Assembly (NCBI GenBank): GCA_046598345.1
Contig: JBKJIT010000003.1
Location: 222,549 to 271,257, forward strand
Source of the DNA: Minisyncoccia bacterium
GTDB taxonomy: Bacteria > Patescibacteriota > Minisyncoccia > Phycocordibacterales > UBA918
DNA: 48,709 nt
Direction of reading: 5' to 3'
Within the stretch, counting starts at the first letter, position 1; every line of letters starts with the position of its first letter. The translations under genes and the position numbers were made by a program. Shown in pieces: positions 26,741 through 36,571 of the stretch. The notes beneath the pieces were generated by a model. The model was not told the origin of the DNA, made no database searches, and was given only the letters and a program-made list of their open reading frames with translations.

Positions 26741-27553
26741 ATGAATCGCAAGGAACAAAAATTTGTAAACGAAGTATGGGAGTACTACAGGCGCCACGGA
26801 AGGCAGAGTCTTCCGTGGCGCCTCACCCCAAACCCGTATCACATTGTGGTGTCAGAAATCATGCTCCAACAGACACAGGCTGATCGGGTGATTCCTAAAT
26901 ACAAGAGTTTCTTAAAGCGTTTTCCTACTTGGAAAGCACTCGCGCGTGCACCACTCGGAGATGTGTTGCGGGAATGGCAGGGGCTGGGGTATAACCGGCG
27001 TGGCAAAATGCTCCACGAGCTTGGACGAGAAGTGTCGCAGAATTATCGAGGTACGCTACCAAAGGATGTAGAAACACTTATCAGTCTTCCTGGAATCGGA
27101 CCATATACTGCTGGTGCAGTACTTGTGTTTGCATTTAATACACCTGTCCCAATTATTGAGACAAATATTCGGAGCGTATACCTTCACCACTTCTTTCTGG
27201 ATGAAACTGATATTACTGATGCTGAAATAGTACGATTAATCGTACTAACCCTTGACGTTAAAAATCCTCGTGAGTGGTACTACGCACTCATGGATTATGG
27301 AGTATACATAAAGAAGACGTACGGGAATCCGAACAGGAGGAGCAAGCACTATGCTTCACAATCAACATTTAAGGGTTCAGATAGAGAAATTCGCGGAGCA
27401 ATACTACGCGTACTCAGTGAGCAACCTTATACACGTGAAAAACTACTCAAGCTACTCCCGTTCGAAGACATTCGTATCGATGCGCAACTCGTGAAGCTAA
27501 TGAAAGAGCGTATGATTATACAAACATCAAAAAAGTTTTCGCTTCCAGGTTAA
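26741..27553 (+). CDS. mutY: Short MutY-like adenine glycosylase (no Fe-S motif, no NUDIX domain)
   Basis: LPWR, VSEIMLQQTQ, WQGLGYNRR, HhH LISLPGIGPYTAGAV, IETNIR; WYYALMDYG is not followed by any Cys. Confidence 0.85.
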   Translation: MNRKEQKFVNEVWEYYRRHGRQSLPWRLTPNPYHIVVSEIMLQQTQADRVIPKYKSFLKRFPTWKALARAPLGDVLREWQGLGYNRRGKMLHELGREVSQNYRGTLPKDVETLISLPGIGPYTAGAVLVFAFNTPVPIIETNIRSVYLHHFFLDETDITDAEIVRLIVLTLDVKNPREWYYALMDYGVYIKKTYGNPNRRSKHYASQSTFKGSDREIRGAILRVLSEQPYTREKLLKLLPFEDIRIDAQLVKLMKERMIIQTSKKFSLPG

Positions 27554-28750
27554 CTATTTTGTATCCTTAAGTTGTACCGCAAAGATGATACCAACAATCA
27601 TACAGATACCAAGAACGAGGAAGAGTTGATTGAAAGGAAGGAAAATGAGCGTTAGGCTTCCGAGAACTGCACCAATAAGTGAGGCGAGCGGACGTGTCAT
27701 ACGGAAAAGGCCAATTAGATTGGTATCTTTGCTCTGTGTGTGCTTAAAGAAGTAACTTTCTGTTGTGGTTTCAACGAGACTTGCTCCCACGCGAGTCATG
27801 AACATGGCGAACATCCACACACCAATTGCCATACCTTCAAGATAGATAAAGCTTGCGGTCGAGAAACCCATAATGATGAATCCGGCTACCATCATTTCCT
27901 TTTCACCAATGTATGTGTCCGCAATAACTCCAATACCATACTCGAAGAACACATAGGCCATCATCGCAACACTTAAGATTGAACCAATTTGTTCCCAGGT
28001 GAACCCGAGCTTCGTGGAGAAATAGAGCGGGGTATAGATAACCATCCACGTAAAGAAGAGTTGGAGCAAAAAATGTGCGAAGAATACGTTCCGAACATCC
28101 GTAAACTTCCAAAACTTTCTAAGTCCCTCCATGACGCGTAGGTGGGGGTACTGTGGATCCTTAAAATTTTTGAAGCATACGACAATAAGTGCAAGAAAGG
28201 GGATGAGTATTACAGCAGCTGCAATATACGCGTAATCGAAATGAGGAATACCATCCCCGACCAATTTTCCCATTCCGAGTGCTGCGAGTGCTGTCGTGAG
28301 ACTCGCTAGTGCAAGAAGAAATCCGCGTCTGCCTCCCGTACTCTCTTCTTTATTTCCGATGAGTTCCTCCATAAATACATCGAGATTAAAAAGGAGGATA
28401 GGTACGACAGCCTGGTGGATGACAAAAAGAATTATGGCTAAGACTGGAGAAGCATTGAACGCCATACCAAGTAGCGTTATAAATTCCACAATGGTGAGAA
28501 TGACGGTTAGGGGGAGATTTCCAATACGGGTGAGTAGTCTTGAAGCGTTCAGAAATGCAACAATCGTAATGAGTGCCCCGACAATATAGAGCGTACTGAC
28601 GGTCTTTGCGCTTACAAACTGCTCTAGATAGGATGAGTTGATGTACACCACAATTGCCCAGTGGAGGGTAAGAAGGAGGAGCCCACTATAGAGTGCAAAA
28701 AAACTTCCTCTAAGCTTCGGGGAGCGCTTACTGTGTGTGTCTTTTGTCAT
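27554..28750 (-). CDS. MFS transporter
   Basis: 12 hydrophobic segments in 398 aa; GVIADTYIGEK motif-A-like loop. Confidence 0.87.
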   Translation of the reverse strand: MTKDTHSKRSPKLRGSFFALYSGLLLLTLHWAIVVYINSSYLEQFVSAKTVSTLYIVGALITIVAFLNASRLLTRIGNLPLTVILTIVEFITLLGMAFNASPVLAIILFVIHQAVVPILLFNLDVFMEELIGNKEESTGGRRGFLLALASLTTALAALGMGKLVGDGIPHFDYAYIAAAVILIPFLALIVVCFKNFKDPQYPHLRVMEGLRKFWKFTDVRNVFFAHFLLQLFFTWMVIYTPLYFSTKLGFTWEQIGSILSVAMMAYVFFEYGIGVIADTYIGEKEMMVAGFIIMGFSTASFIYLEGMAIGVWMFAMFMTRVGASLVETTTESYFFKHTQSKDTNLIGLFRMTRPLASLIGAVLGSLTLIFLPFNQLFLVLGICMIVGIIFAVQLKDTK

Positions 28751-28797
28751 CTAGGTAGTGTACTAGAGCGAAAGAGGTGTACGGAGGGCTTATACAC

Positions 28798-28834
28798 GAG
28801 ACCCCCGAAAAAGCATTGCTTTTTCGGGGGTCTC
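28798..28834 (-). terminator. Long hairpin after rnj
   Basis: gagacccccgaaaaagca-t-tgctttttcgggggtctc. Confidence 0.75.
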
Positions 28835-28853
28835 CACTCGGTCACGTAACAGC

Positions 28854-30926
28854 CTACAGTCCAATAAGTACAGGGATCACCATCGGCGTTTTGTTTGTCT
28901 TCTGTAGAAGGAAACCAGAAACGACATTGGTAATTTCATCCTTTACAAAATCAAGATCAATTGGCTTCGAGCCTTCGGTGTTCTGTTCCACAGTCTTCTT
29001 AATAAGTACACGCGCTTCTGAAAGAAGCTGTTGGTTTTCACGAAGGTATACAAATCCCCGAGAGATAATGTCAGGTGACTTACGGAGTTTCCCCGTCTGC
29101 GCGTTTAGTGTCGCGATAATGACAAACATTCCGTCCTCAGAGAGCGATTGTCGATCACGAATGACGACTTCCTGACGTGCACCAACAGTGAATCCATCCA
29201 CCATCATGATTTCAGATGGCGCTTTTTCTTTCAGTACAGTGAGTTCAGTGCCGTTTTTAATATCGATGACGGTACCATTGTCCGGCAGAATGATTTTTTC
29301 TCTCGGAAAACCAGCCTCCATGTTTGCGTATGCGTGACAGCGAAGCATTGAGTGGTATCCATACGCAGGCATCATAAACTCAGGCTTTACTTGTGAGCGG
29401 ATCCAGACGAGTTCGCCTGAGTTACCGTGTCCAGTTGAGTGCACATCAGATGCGCGGTAGTGAATAATATGAACCCCCCTTCGGTAGAGGTTGTCTTTGA
29501 GTTTCTGAACGGAAAGTTCATTTCCCGGAATAACTGATGATGAGAGCATAATCGTATCTCGATCATTGAGGGTGATAAACTTATGTCGCTGTGTGGCGAT
29601 ACGCATGAGCGCTGCAAATTCCTCTCCCTGAGCACCCGTTGCGAGAACGACGATGCGGTCAGCGGGGTAGTTTGGAATATCCTGGATTGGAATGATTGTA
29701 CCTTTTTGTACTTTCATAAGACCGGCGAGTTCTGCGATCTCGAGGTTGGTCTTAATACTACGTCCTTCAAGTACGATCTTCTTTCCAAGTTTTTCGCAGA
29801 TCATAATGATACGGATCATACGTTCAAATTGGGAAGCGAAGGTTCCAACAATGAGACGGCCCTTTACATCACGCACGATGTTTTCGATATTGGTGTGCAC
29901 GCGGAGCTCAGGAATCGAGAATCCGTCACGCTCTGCGTTTGTTGAGTCGCCAATAAAGAGAATGTTTTTATCTTCACCGACTTTACCCCAGACAGACTTC
30001 TCTTTATCTGATGGATCACCATCTTCGTGTTCGAGTTTGAGGTCACCAGAAATAACAATATTCCCATGCTTAGTTTCAACTGAGATACCCATAGAGTCGG
30101 GAATCGAGTGGGTTACGGGGAAGCACTTGATATATGTGTTTCCAACCTTGATACGCTCACCAACTTCTACTACTTGCATATTCACTTTGGGAAGATGCGG
30201 GAATTCCTCCTGCCGTTTGAGGATCATGAGCGAGGTAAGGTAGCGCGTAAAAATGGGAGGATTTCCAATACGTTCAATAAGGAACGGAATGCCTCCAATG
30301 TGATCGAGGTGACCGTGAGTCACGATGAGGCCACGAATTTTGTGTTTGTTCTCCTCAAGATACTGCGTATTCGGAAGAATGTAATTGACTCCCGGTGCAT
30401 CACTTTCTGAAGAAACAAATTGAAATCCTGCATCAAAAATAAGAATATCGTCCATTGTTTCTACAATGGTCATATTTTTTCCTACTTCTTCAACGCCTCC
30501 AAGAGGGATAATGCGGACAATGTCGGGGTCAGTAACGGGAAGCACTGATGCAGCTTTCGTATCGTCAATACTTGAACGATGGGTAAGTGCAGGTGCAGTC
30601 ATACTGCGAGGCTTTCTCGCTGTAGGTCGTCGTGAGGAGCGTGTTCTCCCTTCGCCACCTTGTGCTCCGCGTGAAGCACCGTTTCCTGTTCGAGTGCTTC
30701 CTGCATACTTCCGTGGAGCTGGGTACTCACTTCGTCTTACTCCGCCAGTTCCTTGTGGGCGGCTTGTTGGCCGTGCGGAAGAAGTTGGAGTAGTGCGAAG
30801 AGAGGGTGCGAGAGTAGCATCCTCACGGCGTGATACGCGAATTTGTGGACGGCGTCTCACGTTTTGGTTTTGTGAGGTGCCGCCTGTGCTTTTTCTGTTT
30901 GGATAATTTGAATTTGAATTGTTCAT
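28854..30926 (-). CDS. rnj: Ribonuclease J with ~135-aa disordered N-terminal extension
   Basis: IIPLGGVEEVGKNMT, THGHLDHIGG, HSIPDS, GTFASQFER, ATGAQGE, SSVIPGNE, SRGFVY. Confidence 0.96.
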   Translation of the reverse strand: MNNSNSNYPNRKSTGGTSQNQNVRRRPQIRVSRREDATLAPSLRTTPTSSARPTSRPQGTGGVRRSEYPAPRKYAGSTRTGNGASRGAQGGEGRTRSSRRPTARKPRSMTAPALTHRSSIDDTKAASVLPVTDPDIVRIIPLGGVEEVGKNMTIVETMDDILIFDAGFQFVSSESDAPGVNYILPNTQYLEENKHKIRGLIVTHGHLDHIGGIPFLIERIGNPPIFTRYLTSLMILKRQEEFPHLPKVNMQVVEVGERIKVGNTYIKCFPVTHSIPDSMGISVETKHGNIVISGDLKLEHEDGDPSDKEKSVWGKVGEDKNILFIGDSTNAERDGFSIPELRVHTNIENIVRDVKGRLIVGTFASQFERMIRIIMICEKLGKKIVLEGRSIKTNLEIAELAGLMKVQKGTIIPIQDIPNYPADRIVVLATGAQGEEFAALMRIATQRHKFITLNDRDTIMLSSSVIPGNELSVQKLKDNLYRRGVHIIHYRASDVHSTGHGNSGELVWIRSQVKPEFMMPAYGYHSMLRCHAYANMEAGFPREKIILPDNGTVIDIKNGTELTVLKEKAPSEIMMVDGFTVGARQEVVIRDRQSLSEDGMFVIIATLNAQTGKLRKSPDIISRGFVYLRENQQLLSEARVLIKKTVEQNTEGSKPIDLDFVKDEITNVVSGFLLQKTNKTPMVIPVLIGL

Positions 30927-30959
30927 GTCATTAGTTTGTATGTTTAAGTGTAATAAGTG

Positions 30960-32747
30960 TTATTCGGTTCGTGATTTAAAGAATGGCCAGACTGAATCAG
31001 TGGTAATAAACCAACTCGTAATGGATGTAAAACGCTCTTGTGCCTCATCAAGTCCGGTAAATGTTTCTCCAACAATCTTCTTTGGGAACACGTAAATGAG
31101 TTCCGGGCTATAGAGGAAGATTGCAGGGGTATCTTTTTCGATCTCTCCCGCAAATGTCTCGATTGCGAGCGCTCGTTCTTCTTTATTTTGGGTCGTGCGT
31201 GTTTTTCCGAGAGCTGCATCCGATACGAGATTCGTATAGAGGGATACATTGAGCCCGGGGTCGTTCCGTTTGGAAGAGTGCCAAAATGAATAGAAATCTA
31301 AGGAGCGTCCGAGCGCAGTACCAAAGAGAAGAGCTTCGTAATCTCGCGGCCGTATGATTTGCTGCGCAAGATCTGTTTGCTCGAATTGCTTCACTGTTAC
31401 GGTGACTCCAAGTGCCTCCCAACTACTGCGAAGAAATTCAGCAGTATTTTGGAACACCGGGTTGTTTGCCGTTGAAATGCTAAACGTGAGGGGTACGACT
31501 TCTTTGGCAATTTCTTTCTCCCACACACCCGATTCTGCATTAGGCTTCCATCCCGCGTTCTGAAGTATAGCACGTGCCTCTTCAAGGCGATTTTCACTTG
31601 TCGTGCCCACACTCCCTTCAATTCCAAACCCTGGTGGAATAGGAGAGAAGAGAGGAAGACCATACCCGTGAAGCGTTGTCTCGATGAGGGCATCTCGATC
31701 GATTGCCACATTGAGCGCTTTTCTGACCGCACTATCTCGAAGTACCGGGGATTTGTTTTGATTAAAGAAGACTGCAAAAGTGCGGGGAAGAGGGATTGCT
31801 TGTATCTCTGAAGTGTCTCCATCAATGACAAGTTCTTTTATGCTCGCCTCATCAAGTGCAACGATGCTGTCTATTTGACCTTTATTAAACGCAGCTATGA
31901 TACGCTCTTCACTGGGGAAAAACTTCAGTACCACTTCTTTAATTTTAGGTTCTCCCCCAAAGTAATTCTCGTTTGCCTCGAGTACATAGGACTCAGGGAT
32001 ACCTGAAGTATTGCGGTTAATTTTCTTAATTCGGTAGGGACCGGTACCTATCGCGTCACTGTTCCTTTGCACATATGAGAACTCTGCATCGGGAACGTCT
32101 CTCCATATATGTGCAGGGAGAATACCGAAGGTGAGCGTTTCAATGAATGGAGCGTACGCTTTAGGGAGCACGAAGTTGAGTTCGTGGTCTCCCAGTTTTT
32201 CGATGATGATACCTTCAAAATTGGTCTGTAGTGGACTCAAGATATTTGGTTCTTGGATACGATTAATCGTAAAGAGAACATCATCAGCAGTAAGTTTTGC
32301 CCCATCGTGGAATTCTACGTTTTGCTTCAAGACAACGTTGTAGGTGAGTCCATCTTCTGAAACGGTGACAGATTCTGCAAGATGGGGAACGAGCGTACCG
32401 TCAGCACCAAGTTTCATAAGTCCATCAAAGATAAGCGCAGCCGTATCTTTATCCGCACGCGCTACCGCAAGCACTGGGTTCACGAAGCGTGGAGTTCCAA
32501 TAATTCCCTCATTAAAAGTACCTCCTTTGGTTGGAATACTCACTTGAGCACTCATACTGAATGATACGAGAAGCCAGAGAATAAAGACCAAAACTCCTAC
32601 CAAAGCGGCCTTTAGAAAAAAGGAATCACTAATAGGTAGACGGAACAGGCGTAAAAAAATACGATCAAGTAGATTTGGACGACGCTGTAACTTCGGAGAG
32701 GATGTATCCAAAGAAGCGGACATTTTAGTTGAGAGATGATTATGCAT
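30960..32747 (-). CDS. ABC-type peptide/nickel substrate-binding protein (family 5), membrane-anchored
   Basis: GGTFNEGIIGTPRFVNP, LIFDGL, FHDGAKLTADDV.FT, IGTGPY, VRKALNVAIDR. Confidence 0.9.
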   Translation of the reverse strand: MHNHLSTKMSASLDTSSPKLQRRPNLLDRIFLRLFRLPISDSFFLKAALVGVLVFILWLLVSFSMSAQVSIPTKGGTFNEGIIGTPRFVNPVLAVARADKDTAALIFDGLMKLGADGTLVPHLAESVTVSEDGLTYNVVLKQNVEFHDGAKLTADDVLFTINRIQEPNILSPLQTNFEGIIIEKLGDHELNFVLPKAYAPFIETLTFGILPAHIWRDVPDAEFSYVQRNSDAIGTGPYRIKKINRNTSGIPESYVLEANENYFGGEPKIKEVVLKFFPSEERIIAAFNKGQIDSIVALDEASIKELVIDGDTSEIQAIPLPRTFAVFFNQNKSPVLRDSAVRKALNVAIDRDALIETTLHGYGLPLFSPIPPGFGIEGSVGTTSENRLEEARAILQNAGWKPNAESGVWEKEIAKEVVPLTFSISTANNPVFQNTAEFLRSSWEALGVTVTVKQFEQTDLAQQIIRPRDYEALLFGTALGRSLDFYSFWHSSKRNDPGLNVSLYTNLVSDAALGKTRTTQNKEERALAIETFAGEIEKDTPAIFLYSPELIYVFPKKIVGETFTGLDEAQERFTSITSWFITTDSVWPFFKSRTE

Positions 32748-32831
32748 GTATGAACATGAAAAGAACGATTAGAAAACGACATCTACAGACGCAAACAGAC
32801 GCAAAGGGAATACTCCGAAGTGGGAGAATGC

Positions 32832-33062
32832 TTAAATCGCGAGACTAAGGAAAGCTGATGCTACAAACAAAATAGCAAGGAAGACAGATGCCTTGAACAA
32901 GAATAATTCTGCTCCCCGGCGCTTGTGGTAGGTTGCACTGAAGTTGTCACCGCCAAAGGCGCCTCCCATACTTGAACCTCGCTGCTGAAGTAATATCGCA
33001 GTTACGAGTAGGATAGAGAGAATTATTTGCACGTACGGAAGTATGGTGCGGACGATTTCCAT
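32832..33062 (-). CDS. secG: Preprotein translocase subunit SecG
   Basis: LLVTAILLQQRGSSMGGAFGG...RRGAE..LFKAS. Confidence 0.93.
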   Translation of the reverse strand: MEIVRTILPYVQIILSILLVTAILLQQRGSSMGGAFGGDNFSATYHKRRGAELFLFKASVFLAILFVASAFLSLAI

Positions 33063-33122
33063 GTCGAGGAGATAGTACCATACAGGCGCGAAAATGCAAA
33101 TAAAGGCCTACACCCTGTGTTT

Positions 33123-33151
33123 TTGACAGAGGCAGTGTATATACCTATAAT
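33123..33151 (+). promoter_or_regulatory. Perfect consensus sigma70 promoter of groESL
   Basis: TTGACA-17 nt-TATAAT. Confidence 0.9.
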
Positions 33152-33191
33152 AACCCCGCATTACTAGGCTAATTTGGAGTATTTTTTCTAT

Positions 33192-33518
33192 ATGGCTTCA
33201 CAAAACGAAGGAGGTTCTACTATTCGGCCAGTGGATGATCGGGTTGTCGTTCGGCGCCTGACTGAAGAGGAAATGGGAACTAAATCTGCTTCAGGAATTA
33301 TCATTCCTGATACCGCAGGAAAGGAAAAGCCTGAACAGGGGATTGTAATCGCTATAGGAGAAGGAAAGTGGAATGAGGATGGTGATAAACGAATTCCAAT
33401 GAGCGTAAAGGTAGGGGATCGTATTGTCTTTTCAAAATATGGATTTGATGAGGTAAAAATTGCGGGAGAGGAGTATTTTATTATTGGCTATTCCAGTGTA
33501 CTTGGGATTATTAGCTAG
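33192..33518 (+). CDS. groES: Co-chaperonin GroES
   Basis: IRPVDDRVVV, SASGIIIPDTAGKEKPEQG.VIAIGEG, VKVGDRIVFSKY. Confidence 0.97.
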   Translation: MASQNEGGSTIRPVDDRVVVRRLTEEEMGTKSASGIIIPDTAGKEKPEQGIVIAIGEGKWNEDGDKRIPMSVKVGDRIVFSKYGFDEVKIAGEEYFIIGYSSVLGIIS

Positions 33519-33572
33519 ATGTAAAATTCCTTAAATTCATTTCATTCATTAATAAAATCTAAACATCAAAGC

Positions 33573-35210
33573 ATGGCAAAACAAATAATGTATGGAGAGG
33601 ATGTAAAGAAGCGACTGAAGGCTGGCGTTGATGCTGTCGCGAATGTGGTGAAGGTAACGATCGGTCCTCGCGGTCGAAACGTGATCATTGATAAAGGCTA
33701 TGGCGGACCAACAATCACGAACGATGGTGTTTCAATCGCGAAGGAAATAACCCTTAAGGACAAGTTTGAAAACATGGGGGCGGAGATCATTAAGGAGGTT
33801 GCGAGTAAGACGAATGACCTCGCGGGAGACGGAACGACTACAGCAACCATTTTGACGCAGGCGCTCGTCGATGAAGGATTCCGACAGACAACGATGGGAG
33901 TAAACCCACTCGCAGTACGTATTGGTATGGAGCACGCAGCAAAGGATGTGGTTGCGGCGCTCAAGGAGATGGCTATTAAGATTAGTAGCACGGAAGAAAT
34001 TAAGCAGGTTGCAACTATTTCTGCGGAAAATGCTGAGATAGGCGCCAAAATTGCTGAGACGATTGAAAAGGTAGGGAAGGATGGCGTGGTAACTGTTGAG
34101 GAATCACAGTCGTTTGGAATTGAAACAGAATTTACAGAGGGTATGGAATTTGATCGTGGGTACGTTTCTCCGTACATGATCACAAATCCTGAGCGCATGG
34201 AAGCAGAGTATAAAAATGCGCTTATTCTCGTGACTGACAGCAAGATTTCTTCTGCGAAAGAAATTCTCCCAGTACTTGAAAAGGTGGCTCAGAGCGGAAA
34301 GAAAGAACTTGTCATTATTGCAGACGACATTGAAGGTGAGGCGCTTACGACATTTGTGCTCAACAAACTACGTGGAGGGTTCTCTGTGCTTGCTGTGAAA
34401 GCACCAGGGTATGGCGATAGAAAAAAAGAAATGCTCCAGGACATTGCCATCACGACCGGTGGGCAGTTTGTTTCAAGTGAGGTTGGACTAAAACTCGAAA
34501 CAACAGAACTGAGTCACCTAGGAAAAGCATCACGTGTGGTGTCAACGAAGGATAAGACAGTTATTGTAGGTGGCGAAGGTGAAAAGAGCGCCATTGATGC
34601 GCGTGTGCAGTCACTTCGTGCGCAGCTTGAAACGACTGATTCCAAATTTGATAAAGAAAAACTTGAAGAGCGAATTGCGAAGCTCTCAGGTGGTGTAGCT
34701 GTTCTCCGCGTGGGGGCAGCAACTGAAACTGAAATGAAGTACCTGAAATTGAAGATTGAAGATGCGGTCAATGCGACGAAGGCAGCGATTGAGGAAGGTA
34801 TCGTTTCAGGAGGAGGAACCTCACTCGTAAAAGCAGCACGCATCGTTGAAGGAAATGTACGGAAAGACCTCGGCCGCGAAGAGCTCATTGGGTACCGCAT
34901 TGTACTTAAAGCGCTTGAAGAACCACTGAAGCAGATTGCGCAGAACGGCGGAAAGGATGATGGGGCAGTGATTGTGTCGAAGATTAAAGAGGCGGGAGGA
35001 AATGCGGGATACGATGCAGCAGAAGGCATTATTATCGATGACATGATTAAGGCGGGTATTATTGACCCAGTAAAGGTAGAGCGGGCGGCAGTTGAGCACG
35101 CGGTTTCAGCAGCCGGCATTCTCCTCACGAGCGAGGCAGCGATTGCTGATGAGCCTGAGCCGGAGAAGGCTCAGATGCCGGATATGGGCATGGGAGGCAT
35201 GGGAATGTAA
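33573..35210 (+). CDS. groEL: Chaperonin GroEL
   Basis: TIGPRGRNV, ITNDGVSIAKEI, AGDGTTTAT, GMEFDRGY, ERIAKLSGGVAV, GGM tail. Confidence 0.99.
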   Translation: MAKQIMYGEDVKKRLKAGVDAVANVVKVTIGPRGRNVIIDKGYGGPTITNDGVSIAKEITLKDKFENMGAEIIKEVASKTNDLAGDGTTTATILTQALVDEGFRQTTMGVNPLAVRIGMEHAAKDVVAALKEMAIKISSTEEIKQVATISAENAEIGAKIAETIEKVGKDGVVTVEESQSFGIETEFTEGMEFDRGYVSPYMITNPERMEAEYKNALILVTDSKISSAKEILPVLEKVAQSGKKELVIIADDIEGEALTTFVLNKLRGGFSVLAVKAPGYGDRKKEMLQDIAITTGGQFVSSEVGLKLETTELSHLGKASRVVSTKDKTVIVGGEGEKSAIDARVQSLRAQLETTDSKFDKEKLEERIAKLSGGVAVLRVGAATETEMKYLKLKIEDAVNATKAAIEEGIVSGGGTSLVKAARIVEGNVRKDLGREELIGYRIVLKALEEPLKQIAQNGGKDDGAVIVSKIKEAGGNAGYDAAEGIIIDDMIKAGIIDPVKVERAAVEHAVSAAGILLTSEAAIADEPEPEKAQMPDMGMGGMGM

Positions 35211-35329
35211 ATCGGCAAAATTACTGAATCTACGTTGTCACACTTCGAAAAAAGACCCTCATCGTACGATGTGTACGCCTTGGGTCTTTTTTCTTGTGCT
35301 CCTAGTATCTTCAGCAATTTTGCCGATTT
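35209..35329. repeat. Structured intergenic element, copy F (81-nt core 35230-35310)
   Basis: CTACGTTGT-4-CTTCGAAAA-6-CTCATCGTA-7-TACGCCTTG-19-CTAGTATCT; 14-bp outer arms aaatcggcaaaatt/aattttgccgattt; 12-bp inner stem gaaaaaagaccc/gggtcttttttc. Confidence 0.85.
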
Positions 35330-35409
35330 CATGTAAGTGAGTTTTGACTTTTGCTCCTGCTTCGGCTACGCTCACAACGTATTCTGTTCTTCAACACTAA
35401 GGAGAGATT

Positions 35410-35847
35410 ATGGACTTAGAACTCCGTGTAGATCAATCCAGCTATTGCCCCCTTATCCGGATTTGTAGGAATGGAAAGGAAAAAGTCGACTGGATTGGAT
35501 GTTTTGCCGGTTTGGATTCAGTGCTTGTCGAAGGTTTTGCTTGCGAAGCGGTAGTGGATGTGGGAGGACCCAAACTGCAATTTGCCAATCGCAATTACAT
35601 ACTGCGTTTGAATAGGGAGAGTATTAAGTACGTGATCTATCCCTATTTTTTGTGGAGGCGGCGGGGCGACCCCTTCAAAAGTGATCCGTCAAAAATCCCA
35701 CTTATCGCGCGTCATGAATATCAGGATGGCACTATGATGGATGATCCGGAACTGCAAAGTGTTCCGCGCACCATTCTATTAATTACGCCCGTCATGCGAG
35801 GGAATCAGCCAACAATGGCACTCGAATTCCGGCCGATAAGCGAGTGA
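35410..35847 (+). CDS. Orphan hypothetical protein
   Basis: 145-aa ORF with TTGACT-17-TACGCT promoter (35344-35372), AAGGAG RBS and its own terminator. Confidence 0.6.
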   Translation: MDLELRVDQSSYCPLIRICRNGKEKVDWIGCFAGLDSVLVEGFACEAVVDVGGPKLQFANRNYILRLNRESIKYVIYPYFLWRRRGDPFKSDPSKIPLIARHEYQDGTMMDDPELQSVPRTILLITPVMRGNQPTMALEFRPISE

Positions 35848-35856
35848 ATTCATTTC

Positions 35857-35883
35857 AAAACGCCTCTCAAGGGCGTTTTTTTT
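35857..35883 (+). terminator. Intrinsic terminator
   Basis: aaaacgcctc-tca-agggcgtttttttt. Confidence 0.75.
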
Positions 35884-35957
35884 GCATACTACACCACATC
35901 TTTCCATCCCCTTCATGAATGCTATACTAGTAGCACTTATTACGTATAAACAATTCT

Positions 35958-36545
35958 ATGACACTTACATACATTCTGATCGCGGTTGTTGTTGCTCTCG
36001 TACTCTGGGTAATTTTTGCTTACAACAACTTTGTTCGTCTCGTACAGCGCACCAAGGAAGCGTGGGCTGATATTGATGTACAGCTAAAGCGCCGCTACGA
36101 TCTTATTCCAAACCTTGTTGAAGCAGTGAAGGGCTATGCTTCGCACGAGCGAGCGACCTTTGACGCGGTAACCGAAGCGCGGGCAAAGGCTACGCAGGTG
36201 CATATCGATCCTACCAACATCACTCCGGAGCAAATTGCTGCGATGGATGGTGCACAAGCAAACCTTACGCAATCTCTTGGGAAACTTCTTGCAGTTGCAG
36301 AGGCGTATCCGGACCTTAAGGCGAATACCAATTTCCTCGAGCTTCAGCGTGAACTCTCTGATACTGAAAATAAGATTCAAGCAGCACGACGCTTTTACAA
36401 CGGCAACGTGCGTGATTTGAAGATTGCACTCCAGTCGTTTCCATCAAACCTCATTGGAAACATGTTTAACTTCAAGGAAGAGCAGTTCTATGAACTTAGT
36501 GAAGCAGACGCTGCAGCGAAAGAGCCAGTGAAAGTAAGTTTTTAA
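35958..36545 (+). CDS. lemA: LemA family protein
   Basis: AWADIDVQLKRRYDLIPNLV, AEAYPDLKANTNF, ENKIQAARRFYN. Confidence 0.96.
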   Translation: MTLTYILIAVVVALVLWVIFAYNNFVRLVQRTKEAWADIDVQLKRRYDLIPNLVEAVKGYASHERATFDAVTEARAKATQVHIDPTNITPEQIAAMDGAQANLTQSLGKLLAVAEAYPDLKANTNFLELQRELSDTENKIQAARRFYNGNVRDLKIALQSFPSNLIGNMFNFKEEQFYELSEADAAAKEPVKVSF

Positions 36546-36571
36546 TCCGCTTTAATCTCTCCGTACATTTT

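Noticed and set aside
32786-32805. 10-bp tandem repeat acagacgcaa x2 between secG and the SBP gene
   Set aside because: Too short and only two copies; probably slippage with no evident function.
33152-33191. CIRCE/HrcA operator before groES
   Set aside because: No TTAGCACTC-N9-GAGTGCTAA; only a weak tact...agta palindrome.
33698-35128. Long antisense ORFs opposite groEL, and similar shadow ORFs opposite rnj, the surface proteins and htpX
   Set aside because: These are expected shadows of codon bias in real genes, with no motifs or RBS.
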